The notes under the pieces are model-generated. The model saw only the letters and a program-made list of their open reading frames with translations, was not told the DNA's origin and searched no databases. From positions 1 to 25,470 of the forward strand of contig JBGAOA010000064.1 in NCBI GenBank assembly GCA_044222065.1: 25,470 nucleotides of DNA, written 5' to 3'. Positions 15,089 to 24,081 of this stretch are shown here, one piece after another. Origin of the DNA: Candidatus Eiseniibacteriota bacterium. Its GTDB lineage: Bacteria; Eisenbacteria; RBG-16-71-46. The position numbers and the translations under genes are program-made. How positions within the stretch are numbered: the first letter of the stretch is position 1; the number at the start of each line of letters is the position of its first letter.

Positions 15089-16239
15089 CGGCCGCCGGCG
15101 GCGACCCCGGAGTGTGGCGCTTCGACGCCGTCGCGATCGCGCGCCGCGCGTGGCGGCGGCGCGCGTGGCTCGCGCGCGTGAACGGCGCCGCGCTCGCGCT
15201 CGCGACCGCCGTCGTGCTGGTCGTGCCGCGCACGTACCTGTCGAGCGTCACGCTCGTTCCCGCGCCGCGCGACGGTCTGGCGCTCGACTTCACGGGCGCC
15301 GGCCTCGGATTCGCGGCGCCGATCGCGGGGCTCGGCGGCCAGCCGACGCCCCAGGACCAGCTGCGGCTCGTCGTTACGAGCCGCGCGGTGGCCGACACCG
15401 TCATCCGCTCGCTCGGCCTCGTCGGACGCTGGAAGCAGAAGGGCATGGAAGGCACGCGGCGGAAGCTCGCCGAGGCCACGACCGTCACGACGCCGCGCGA
15501 GGGCCAGGTGATCGTCGAGGCCGCGGGGCGCAGCGCCGTGGAAGCGCGCGACCTCGCCGCGTCCTACGCGCGCGCGGCCGCGCTCGAGAGCGTGCGCATC
15601 AAGAGCAGCCTCGCCTCGCAGCGCCGCGGCTACCTCGAGGCGCGGCTCGCGGCGCTCGATCGCGAACTCGCGAGCGCCTCCGCGGAGTTGCGGCGCTTCG
15701 AGGAGCGGCATCGGGCCGTGGACCTGCCCGACCAGGCGCGCGCCTCGATGGAGGCGGCCGGGACGCTGCGCGCGCAGCTCGGGCTCGTCGAGACCGAACT
15801 CGCCGCGGTGAGGCGCTGGTTCGCGGACGGCACGCCCGAAGTGCGCTCGCTCGCGGACCGAGCGGCGGAGCTGCGGCGCCAGCTCGCGCGGATCCAGCGC
15901 GACGGCGATCCGCTGCTCCCGGGCGGCGGCGCGCTGCCCGCGCTCAAGGAGCGCTACCTCGGGCTCGCGCGCGAACAGCAGAGCCTGATCGCGGTCGGCG
16001 AGCTGCTGCGGCGCGCCTACGAGCAGGCGCGTGTCGAGGAGGCGAACCCGGTGCCCGCGTTCTCGGTGCTCGACGCCGCGGATCTGCCGGAGCGCCCCGC
16101 GCGGCCGCCGCGCGCGCTCGCGCTCGCGCTCGCCGCACTCGTGAGCGCCGCCGGCTCGATCGCGTGGATGGAACGCCGCGGCGACGCCGGAGCGGCGCGC
16201 CCGGACGCGCTCGCGGACGCCGAACGGAGGGCCGCGTGA
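15085..16239 (+). CDS. Polysaccharide chain-length determinant/co-polymerase (Wzz/GumC-like), no kinase domain (384 aa)
   Basis: ATGA overlap. TM followed by P..Y.S, periplasmic coiled coil (YLEARL..., HP-like TPEVRSL), then VLDAADLPERPARP and a second TM. No Walker A motif. Confidence 0.85.
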   Translation: MTAAGGDPGVWRFDAVAIARRAWRRRAWLARVNGAALALATAVVLVVPRTYLSSVTLVPAPRDGLALDFTGAGLGFAAPIAGLGGQPTPQDQLRLVVTSRAVADTVIRSLGLVGRWKQKGMEGTRRKLAEATTVTTPREGQVIVEAAGRSAVEARDLAASYARAAALESVRIKSSLASQRRGYLEARLAALDRELASASAELRRFEERHRAVDLPDQARASMEAAGTLRAQLGLVETELAAVRRWFADGTPEVRSLADRAAELRRQLARIQRDGDPLLPGGGALPALKERYLGLAREQQSLIAVGELLRRAYEQARVEEANPVPAFSVLDAADLPERPARPPRALALALAALVSAAGSIAWMERRGDAGAARPDALADAERRAA

Positions 16240-16954
16240 AGGCGCGCTGGCGCTCGATGTTCGCGCGCGACGGCGCGCCCGCGCCCGCGCCGCGGCGGCC
16301 GCGCCTCGCGCTCGCCCAGTGGCTCGTCGGTGCGCTGTGGGCGTGCGTGTGCATCGCGGTCGCGCGGCTCGGACCCGACCGGCTGCTGCCGCTCGCGGTC
16401 GTGGGCGGCGTGCCGCTCGTGCTCGTGTGGCGCGCGTGCGCGCGCTCGCGCGGTTCCCGGCCGTCGCGCTCGCCGCGGTGCTCGTGGACGAGCCCGGCAG
16501 CCTGTTCGCGTCCGCGGGGCCGGCGCGCGAAGCGGGGGCGTTCACGGCGCTCGACCTCGTGGGTTTCGCGCTCGGCGTGCTCGGCGTCGCGCGCGTCGTG
16601 ACGTTCGGCCGCCGCGCGCTGCTGTGCGCGCGCCGCAGTCCGTGCGCCGCGATGCTCGCGGCCGGCGTCGCGACGCTGCTCGCGCGCGCGGGCGGCGCGG
16701 ACGCCGCCGCCGCGCACGCCGTCGCGTGCGTCGCGCTCGGCGCGGGACTCGGCGTCGCGGCGTGCACGGTGTCGCTGCGCGCGCGGGCGAACGCCGCGGC
16801 GCTCGCGGTCGCGGCCGCGCTCGTCGCGCTCGCTGGCGGGGCCGGCGGCGGCGCGGGCGCGGCGGCGGCCGGCGCGACCGCGCTCGGCACCGCACTCGGC
16901 GCCGGGGCGATCGCGTTCGGCGCACGCGCGCGCGCGCGGAGGGTCGTGCCGTGA
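16236..16954 (+). pseudogene. Hydrophobic membrane protein, apparently frameshifted near 16425-16450
   Basis: The GTG at 16236 is coupled to the upstream stop (GGAGG RBS) and reads as hydrophobic until PLVLVW, then becomes junk. The hydrophobic sequence continues in another frame (FPAVALAAVLVDEPG...) to TGA 16952-54, which is coupled to the next GTG. The span is 719 nt, not a multiple of 3. Confidence 0.5.
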
Positions 16955-18855
16955 CGCCGCTCGTGTCCGTGATCGTCGTCACGTACCGCTCGAGCGCCAC
17001 GATCGGCGCGTGCCTCGAGGCGCTCGATCGCGCGCGCCGTACGCTGCCGCTCGAGGCGATCGTCGTGGACAACGCGCCCGGCGACCCGACCGAGGCGCTC
17101 GTGCGCGAGCGCTTTCCGTGGGTGCGCGTGGTCGCGAACGGCTCGAACGCGGGGTTCACGCGCGCCGTGAACCAGGGCCTCGGCCTCGCGCGCGCGAACG
17201 CGCTGCTGCTCCTGAACCCCGACGCCGTGATCGAGGTCGAGTCGCTCGCACGCCTCCTCGCCGCCCTCGGCGAGCGGCCGGACGCGGGCGCCGTCGCGCC
17301 CGCGCTCGAGGACGCGCGCGGGCGGGTGCAGCCGTCGTGCGGGCGCTTCCCGAACCTGTGGACGCTCGCGTGCGAGCACCTGTGGCTCGACCGCCTCGCG
17401 CCTTCGAGCCGGTCGTTCGGAGGGCACCGCTACGGCGACCGGCCGCTCGCGGCGCTCGACGACGTGGACTGGGCCTCGGGGGCGGCGCTGCTGCTGCGGC
17501 GCGAGGCGGTCGAGCGCATCGGCGGGCTCGAGGAGCGGCTCTTCATGTTCATGGAAGAGGTGGACTGGTGCCGGCGCGCGCGCGCCGCGGGCTACCGGGT
17601 GCGCTACGTGCCCGCCGCGCGCTGCACGCACGAGGGTCAGTGCTCGTCGCGCCAGGTGCCGGGCGAGAGCTACCTGCACAACGTGCGATCGCGCGTCGAG
17701 TACTTCCGCATCCACCACGGCACGGCGGCGGCGGCCGCCGCGCGCGCGATCCTCGTCGCGAGTTTCGCGCTCAAGTGGGCCGCGGCGGCGGTCCGCCACG
17801 GCATCCGCCCGGCCGGCATCTACGCGCGCGCCGCGCGCACGGCGGCCATGGCGGCGCTCGTCGCGGCCGGGCTCGCCGCGGCGCGGCCCGCGCCCGCCGC
17901 GTCCGTGCGCGCCGCGTACTTCTACCACTACCTCGCGCCGGAGCATCTCGACTCGCTCGCGCTCGCGGGCTTCGACCGCGCGGTGATCCACTGGATCCCG
18001 GACACGCTCGACGCGGCCTCGGCGCGCGAGCTCGCCGCGTTCCGCGCGCGCGGCGCGGCGCTCGGGATCGAGGTCGTGCCGGAGTGGGTGTTCCAGGCGC
18101 CGACGCGTCTCGCCGCGCGCCCCGCGGCGCGGCGTTACGCGTGGGGCGAGGGCGAGGTCGAGCCGTCCGTGCCGTGCCCGCTCGATTCCGCCTACTGGGC
18201 GAGCGCGCTGTTCGAGCGCGCGGAGGAGTTCCTCGCCGCCGACCCGTCGCTGCGGCGCGTCGCCGTGGACCTCGAGCACTTCGAGGGCCGCCGGCGCCAC
18301 TACGACGCGGGCGCGTGCCGCTGCGCCTCGTGCGTGTCGGAGTACGCGCGCGGGACCGCGGGGCTCGATACGAGCCGGCCATCGCGGCTCGCCGGACTGC
18401 TCGCGTTCGAGGAACGCGCGCTCGCGCGCCGGCTCGTGCCGCAGCTCGAGGCGTTCGCGCGCCGCCACCCCGGCGTCGCGATCGAGGTGCTCGACCTCGA
18501 CTTCGACTCGTTCGTGCATCGCGCGCTCGCGCGCGCGCTCGCGAAGACGGGCGTTCCGACCGCCGACTACTGCGAACGCTCGTACTCGAGCGGCGCCGCC
18601 GGACTCGCGGGCGTGCGCTCGCGCCTGCGCGCGCTCGGCCACGGAACGACGCCGGTCTACGGCGGGCTGTGGCTCAAGCGCTTCGCGCCCGCGGCGCTCG
18701 CCGTGGCGCTGCGGGACCTGCGCGCGGCGTGCGACGGCGCGTTCGTGTTCACGACCTACAGCCTGGCCGTGGACGCGCGCGAACTCGCGGGGCCGTACGT
18801 GCTCGCCGGCAGCGCGCGCGACACGTGGACGGCGCTCGCGGAGGGGAACCGGTGA
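16951..18855 (+). CDS. GT2 glycosyltransferase (WbbL/rhamnosyltransferase-like) fused to a C-terminal glycoside-hydrolase-like domain (634 aa)
   Basis: GT2 motifs VSVIVVTY, IVVDNA, NAGFTRAVNQG, LLLLNPDA, DWASGAALLLRR and FMFMEEVDWCRR. These are followed by a hydrophobic linker and an about 320-aa domain containing PCPLDSAYW, VAVDLEHF and CRCASC. Confidence 0.85.
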   Translation: MTPLVSVIVVTYRSSATIGACLEALDRARRTLPLEAIVVDNAPGDPTEALVRERFPWVRVVANGSNAGFTRAVNQGLGLARANALLLLNPDAVIEVESLARLLAALGERPDAGAVAPALEDARGRVQPSCGRFPNLWTLACEHLWLDRLAPSSRSFGGHRYGDRPLAALDDVDWASGAALLLRREAVERIGGLEERLFMFMEEVDWCRRARAAGYRVRYVPAARCTHEGQCSSRQVPGESYLHNVRSRVEYFRIHHGTAAAAAARAILVASFALKWAAAAVRHGIRPAGIYARAARTAAMAALVAAGLAAARPAPAASVRAAYFYHYLAPEHLDSLALAGFDRAVIHWIPDTLDAASARELAAFRARGAALGIEVVPEWVFQAPTRLAARPAARRYAWGEGEVEPSVPCPLDSAYWASALFERAEEFLAADPSLRRVAVDLEHFEGRRRHYDAGACRCASCVSEYARGTAGLDTSRPSRLAGLLAFEERALARRLVPQLEAFARRHPGVAIEVLDLDFDSFVHRALARALAKTGVPTADYCERSYSSGAAGLAGVRSRLRALGHGTTPVYGGLWLKRFAPAALAVALRDLRAACDGAFVFTTYSLAVDARELAGPYVLAGSARDTWTALAEGNR

Positions 18856-20069
18856 GCGCGCCCGCCGCTTCGTTCCCGGGCGCCGAGCGCCGCACCGGCG
18901 AGCTGCCGCCCGCGCGCATGCTCCACGTCATCACGCGGCTCGTCCGCGGCGGGGCGGACGAGAACACGTTGTACACGGTGCGCGGACTCGATCCGCGGCG
19001 CTACGTCGTGGATCTCGTCGTCGGCGCCGACTCCGATCCCGAGCTCGTGCGATCGCTCGACGCCGCGCGCGTGCGCGTGCTGCCGCAGCTCGTCCGCGAT
19101 CCGAATCCGCTGCTCGATCTCGTCGCGCTCGTCCGGCTCGCGTCGTGGATCCGCCGGGAGCGCTACCAGATCGTGCACACGCACACGGCCAAGGCGGGGT
19201 TCCTCGGCCGGCTCGCGGCAGCGCTCGCCGGCACGCCGGTCGTGATCCACACCGTGCACGGCGTGACGTTCCCGCGCCACGCGCCGGCGCCGCTGCGCGG
19301 GTTCTACCTCGCGCTCGAGCGCATCGCAGGCCGCTTCACGCACCAGTTCATCGCGGTCGGCGAGGACATGCGCCGCCAGTACGTCGAGGCCGGCGTCGGC
19401 GCGCCCGAGGCGTACGAGACGATCTACTCGGGCATGCCGCTCGACGACTACCTCGAGGCGGGCCGCATGACGGCCGAGGAACGCTGGCGGCTGCGCGCGC
19501 AGCTCGGCTACGGGCCCGACCACCAGCTCGTCGTGATGGCCGCGCGGCTCGAGGCGCGCAAGGGGCACCGCTACCTGTTCGAGGCCGTCGAGCGCGTGCG
19601 CGCGCGTCACCCCCGGCTGCGGGTGCTGATCCTCGGCGACGGACCGCTGCGCGAGACGCTCGAAGCCGATGTCGGCGCGCGCGGTCTCGCCGGGGTCGTG
19701 CACTTCTTCGGGCACCGCACCGACCTCGCGCGCGTGCTCGCCGCCGCCGACGTCTCGGTGCTCACGTCGCTGTGGGAGGGGCTGCCGCGCGTGCTCGTGC
19801 AGTCGGCCGCGGCCGGCAAGCCGATCGTCACGTTCGACGTCGAGGGCGCCTGGGAAGTCGTGCGCGACGGCGAGAACGGCTACGTCGTCCCGAGCCGCGA
19901 CGTCGCGCGGTTCGCCGAGCGCCTCGAGGCGCTGCTCGCCGACCGCGAACGCGCGCGCGCCCTCGGCGAGGCGGGGCCCGCGCGGGTCGGCGCGGACTGG
20001 CGCGTCGAGACGATGGTCGAGCGGCTCGACGACGTGTACCGGCGCTGGATCGGGGAGCGGGCCGCATGA
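18852..20069 (+). CDS. GT4 (GT-B) glycosyltransferase (405 aa)
   Basis: GTGA overlap. Motifs MLHVITRLVRGGA, IVHTHTAKAGFLGRLAA, HTVHG, ARLEARKGH, GDGPLR and SLWEGLPRVLVQ (EX7Q variant). Confidence 0.92.
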   Translation: MSAPAASFPGAERRTGELPPARMLHVITRLVRGGADENTLYTVRGLDPRRYVVDLVVGADSDPELVRSLDAARVRVLPQLVRDPNPLLDLVALVRLASWIRRERYQIVHTHTAKAGFLGRLAAALAGTPVVIHTVHGVTFPRHAPAPLRGFYLALERIAGRFTHQFIAVGEDMRRQYVEAGVGAPEAYETIYSGMPLDDYLEAGRMTAEERWRLRAQLGYGPDHQLVVMAARLEARKGHRYLFEAVERVRARHPRLRVLILGDGPLRETLEADVGARGLAGVVHFFGHRTDLARVLAAADVSVLTSLWEGLPRVLVQSAAAGKPIVTFDVEGAWEVVRDGENGYVVPSRDVARFAERLEALLADRERARALGEAGPARVGADWRVETMVERLDDVYRRWIGERAA

Positions 20070-21256
20070 TCGCGTTCGCGTGCTTCGGCGTCGCGCTCGT
20101 GGCCGCGTTCAGCGCGACCGAGATCGTGCGCGCCGCGGCGCTGCGGCTCTCGGCCGTGAGCCGGCCGGGCGGCCGCCACGTCCACGGCCGCGTGACGCCG
20201 CGGCTCGGAGGCCTCGGGATCTTCTGGGGCTTCGCGCTCGCGCTGCTGCTCGCGACGTTCGCGAGCGCGCACGACGCGCGGGCGATCGCGGATCCCGGCC
20301 TGCTCGGCCTCGTGCTCGGAGCGGGCGTCGTGCTGCTCACGGGCCTCGCCGACGACGTACACGGACTCGGCGCGCGGCCGAAGCTGCTGCTGCAGGCGTG
20401 CGCGGCCGCGCTGCTGTGGGCGGGCGGCTGGCGCTTCGAAGGACTCACGATCGGACCGCTCGCCTGGCAGGCCGGCGCGCTCGGACTGCCGGTCACGATC
20501 GCGTGGGTCGTGCTCGTCACGAACGCGCTCAACCTGATCGACGGCCTCGACGGACTGGCGAGCGGCGTCGCGCTCGTCGCGTGCGCCGCGTTCGCGTGGG
20601 CGGCCGGGCCGGACGGCGGCATCGTGTGGCTCGGAGCGCTCGCGCTCGCCGGAGCGCTCGTAGGGTTCCTGTGGTTCAACCTGCATCCGGCGCTCATTTT
20701 CATGGGGGACGCGGGCAGCCTGTTCGTGGGCTTCACGCTCGCGGCGCTGTCGCTGCGCGCGACGCCGGCGGTGGCGGGGCACGCGTCGCCCGCGTTCGCG
20801 ATCCTCGTGCTCGCCGTGCCGCTCGGCGACACGGCGTTCGCGATCGTCCGGCGCGCGCGTGCCGCCGCGCGCGACGCGCGCGGGCTGCGCGCGTTCCTGC
20901 GCGAGGCGCGCGACCGCGTGTTCACGGCCGACCGCGGCCACCTGCACCACGTGCTGCTGTTCACGGGGCTGTCGGTGCGGCGGGCCTCCGCGACGCTGTG
21001 GCTCGCGAGCGCGAGCGTGGCGTGCGCCGCGGCGTGGGCGGCGCGCGGACGCGCCTACGGCGCCGTCGCGGCCGCCGCGCTCGTCGCGGGGTGGATCGCG
21101 TTCTTCTCGCGCCGCGCCCGCCGCCTGACCCGCGACGCGCGCCCGGCCCCGGCGGCCGCCGCCGACGCGACGCCGGGCGCATTCGCTCCGCCGGCCGCGC
21201 CGGAGGGGGCACGGCCGCAGGCGGAAACCGAGGACGAGCACCGTGTCGCGGCCTGA
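20066..21256 (+). CDS. WecA/TagO-like undecaprenyl-phosphate HexNAc-1-phosphate transferase (MraY family, 396 aa)
   Basis: ATGA overlap. Motifs RHVH..TPRLGGLGIF, GLADD, NALNLIDGLDGLA, GFLWFNLHPALIFMGDAGS and DRGHLHHVL. Confidence 0.92.
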   Translation: MIAFACFGVALVAAFSATEIVRAAALRLSAVSRPGGRHVHGRVTPRLGGLGIFWGFALALLLATFASAHDARAIADPGLLGLVLGAGVVLLTGLADDVHGLGARPKLLLQACAAALLWAGGWRFEGLTIGPLAWQAGALGLPVTIAWVVLVTNALNLIDGLDGLASGVALVACAAFAWAAGPDGGIVWLGALALAGALVGFLWFNLHPALIFMGDAGSLFVGFTLAALSLRATPAVAGHASPAFAILVLAVPLGDTAFAIVRRARAAARDARGLRAFLREARDRVFTADRGHLHHVLLFTGLSVRRASATLWLASASVACAAAWAARGRAYGAVAAAALVAGWIAFFSRRARRLTRDARPAPAAAADATPGAFAPPAAPEGARPQAETEDEHRVAA

Positions 21257-22440
21257 GGCGTCGCCGCGCGTCCTCGTCGTCATCAACGACCTCGCGGTCG
21301 GGGGCGCGCAGCGCGTCGCGATCTCCCAGGCGCTCGCCGTCGCCGAGTGGGGTTGCACGACGCAGGTCGCGAGCCTCGAGCTCGTGCCGGACGGCAGACT
21401 CGCCGCCGAACTCGAGCGCGCGGGCGTCGAGGTCGCGCGCCTGCGCGGGCCGCGCGAGCCGGTCGTCGCGGCGCTCGTGCGGCTCGCGCGGCGGCTCGAA
21501 TCGTTCCGGCCCGACGTCGTGCACACGCACCTCGTCGCGGCCGGCGTGTGCGCGCGCCCGCTCGCGCGCGCGTTCGGCGTGCCTCACGTCGTGAGCACCC
21601 TCCACAACCTGGGCGACTGGGAGGAACGGGCGGGGAGCTGGAGCCGGCGCGCGGACCGGCTGTCGCTGCGCGCGTGCGACCGGATCGTGGCCGTGAGCGA
21701 CGCGATCGCGAACCGCGCCGTGTGCGTCGCGCCGCGGCTCGCCGCGCGGCTGTGCGTCGTGCCGAACTCCGTGGACGTCGCCGCGTTCGCCGCCGCCGAC
21801 GACCTGCGGCGCGCCCGCGAGCGCGAAGCGCTCGGATTCACGCCGGCCGACGTCGTCGTGGGCATGGTCGGACGGCTCGTGCACGCGAAGGGCGCGGACC
21901 TGCTGCTCGAGGCGTTCCTCGAGGCGTCGCGCCGCGCGCCTTCGCTGCGCCTGCTGATCGTCGGCGACGGCCCCGAGCGCCGCTTCCTCGAGGCGCGCGC
22001 CGGCGCGCGCGGCGCCGACGGCCGGGTGCGCTTCGCGGGCGAGCAGCCGGACGTGCTGCCGTTCCTCGCGGCGTTGGACCTGTTCGCGATGCCGTCGCGC
22101 AGCGAAGGCCTCGGGCTCGCCGCGATCGAGGCGCTCGCGGCGGGACTGCCGGTGATCGCGTCGGCCACGGGCGGCCTGATCGAGGCGCTCGCGGGCTGCG
22201 CGTCGGCCGAACTGCTCCCCGAAGGCGAACTCGCGCCGTGGACGCGGGCGCTCGCCGAGTTCGCGGACGACGGGGGCGACCCGCGGCGCGCGCGGCGCGC
22301 GCGCGCGCGCGCGTTCGCGGCCGTGAGCCGCGCGCACGCCGCGCACCACGGCCCCGGCCGCTCGCTCGCGTCGCTCGCGTCGCTCTACCGTTGTCCGCCC
22401 GCGTCGTTCAGGCGGTACGGAACTCGCGGAGGCCGCGTGA
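21243..22440 (+). CDS. GT4 glycosyltransferase; true stop probably 22438-22440 after an apparent +1 frameshift near 22390
   Basis: Motifs VLVVINDLAVGGAQR, PDVVHTHL, VGRLVHAKG, VGDGPER and PSRSEGLGLAAIEA (EX7E). Homology ends at LASLYR. The frame then runs on as junk, while the +1 frame ends ..GTELAEAA*. Confidence 0.8.
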
Positions 22441-22503
22441 GCGCGGCCGGCCGGGCGCGCGCGCGACGCGTTCTGCGGCGCGCACGGCGCGCGCCGGGGC
22501 GGT

Positions 22504-23817
22504 GTGCTCAGGCCGGCCGCATCGCTCGCGACGGCGGCGGGACTCGCGGCGCTCGCCGCGGCGCGCGCCGCGTACCGCCGCGCGCGGCCGGGCGCCGGCG
22601 CGCTGTGGGTGCTCGGCGCGCCGCTCGCCGTGCTCGCGGGAGAGGTCGGCGCGGTCGCGTTCGAAGGACAGAGCGGCCGCATCCTGTGGCTCGACGCGTG
22701 GGTCGGCGCGGGCGCCGCGGCGTGGCTCGTGCGCCGCCGCCTCCGCGTGTCGGCGCCGCGCGCCGCGTTCCTCGCCGCGCTCGTGCCGCTGCTCGCGTGG
22801 GCGGGCGCCGGACTGCCGTTCGCGCGCGATCCGCTCACCGCGCTCGCCGAGTGGAAGGAGTGGGCGGTCGCGGGGGTCGCGGCGTTCGTCGCGCTCGACG
22901 TCGTGCGCGACGTGCCGCGTGCGCGTGCGCTGCTCGTCGCGATCGCCGCCGTCGGCGCGTTCGTGTCGCTCCACATGACGTGGGTCGCGCTCCACGATCC
23001 GCTCGGCCCGGTGCTCGCGGTGCTGCTCAAGCGCGTGGACGTGCCGTGGGGCCGCACGAACTACCTCGCCGGACTGCTCGTGCTGTCGCTGCCGATCGCG
23101 CTCGGCGCGCTCGCCGGCACGCGCGGAGCGGCGCGCCGGCTCGCGCTGCTCGCCGTGCTGCTCGCGAACGCGTACGGGCTCGCGCTCTCGGGCTCGAAGG
23201 GCGCCGTCGTCGCGCTCGCGGCGGGGCTGCCGGTCGCGTTCTTCGGCCCGTGGGCGGGTCGCGCCGCGCGCGGCGCGAGGCTCGCGCTGTTCGCGATCGC
23301 GGGCGGCTTCGGCGTGCTGCTGCTCGCGGGGCCGCTGCGCGCCGCGCTCGACTACCGCCTGCAGCCGAGCGCGCTCGCGTACTCGAGCGGCGAGCGCGTC
23401 GCGCTCTACGAGCTGGCCCTCCGGCTCGCCGCCTCGCATCCGGTGTTCGGGATCGGGCTCAACAACTTCTCGGTCGCGAGCCACACGCTGCGCGGCGTGG
23501 ACACGGTGCCGCACAACTTCGCGCTCGGGTTCGCGGCGGAGCTGGGACTCCCCGGGCTCGCGCTCGCGCTCGCGTGGGCGGCGGCGACGCTCGCGCTCGC
23601 GTTCCGCGCGGCGCGCGACAGCGCGGCGGGCCCCGACCGCCTGTTCGCGCTCGGCGGGCTCGCCGCCGTCGCCGGCGCCGCGGTGCACAACCAGGTCGAG
23701 TCCACGATCTACGGCGAGCAGTTCAAGCTGCTGCTGCTGCTCGCGTGCGTCGCGCTCGCGCGGCTCGCGCAGTCCCCGGAGGCGCCCGGGCGCGGCGGGG
23801 GAATCCACCCGGCCTGA
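22504..23817 (+). CDS. O-antigen ligase/Wzy polymerase family membrane protein (start uncertain, possibly GTG 22437 with frameshift)
   Basis: Multi-TM protein with motifs GRTNYLAGLL, LSGSKGA, ERVALYELALRLAASHPVFGIGLNNF and PHNFALGFAAELGLPGL. Confidence 0.85.
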   Translation: MLRPAASLATAAGLAALAAARAAYRRARPGAGALWVLGAPLAVLAGEVGAVAFEGQSGRILWLDAWVGAGAAAWLVRRRLRVSAPRAAFLAALVPLLAWAGAGLPFARDPLTALAEWKEWAVAGVAAFVALDVVRDVPRARALLVAIAAVGAFVSLHMTWVALHDPLGPVLAVLLKRVDVPWGRTNYLAGLLVLSLPIALGALAGTRGAARRLALLAVLLANAYGLALSGSKGAVVALAAGLPVAFFGPWAGRAARGARLALFAIAGGFGVLLLAGPLRAALDYRLQPSALAYSSGERVALYELALRLAASHPVFGIGLNNFSVASHTLRGVDTVPHNFALGFAAELGLPGLALALAWAAATLALAFRAARDSAAGPDRLFALGGLAAVAGAAVHNQVESTIYGEQFKLLLLLACVALARLAQSPEAPGRGGGIHPA

Positions 23818-23911
23818 GCCGCCCGCGCGTGCGGCGCGCACGGCGCCGTCGCGCGCGAGGGCCCGCCGCATGCAGAGCGCACGGCGGACGCGGCGCGGAG
23901 GATCCGCGGCG

Positions 23912-23940
23912 TTGGCGCGCGCCGCGCGCCGTCCTAACCT
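23912..23940 (+). promoter_or_regulatory. Putative sigma70-type promoter
   Basis: TTGGCG (23912-17), a 17-nt spacer, then TAACCT (23935-40), in an intergenic region. The predicted TSS is near 23947. Confidence 0.5.
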
Positions 23941-24081
23941 CGACGCCGTTCCCGACTCCCGGAGCGGCGCCTCGGTCGCTCCGGAGCCCGAATCCGAACG
24001 AGCCTCCTCCCGAGTGCCGGAGGGGGAACGCCCAGTGCGGACGGCGGCGCGCGTGCTCACGCGGCCGACCCCGCGCCCGGT

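Noticed and set aside
19765..19805. EX7Q instead of EX7E in the first GT4 as evidence of inactivity
   Set aside because: The first Glu and the RxxxxKG motif are intact, and variation at the second position is seen among GT4 enzymes.
22295..22313. (GC)9 tract as the phase-variation site causing the GT4 frameshift
   Set aside because: The GT4-like sequence continues plausibly in the same frame past the tract to LASLYR. (GC)n runs encoding RARA are common throughout this window.
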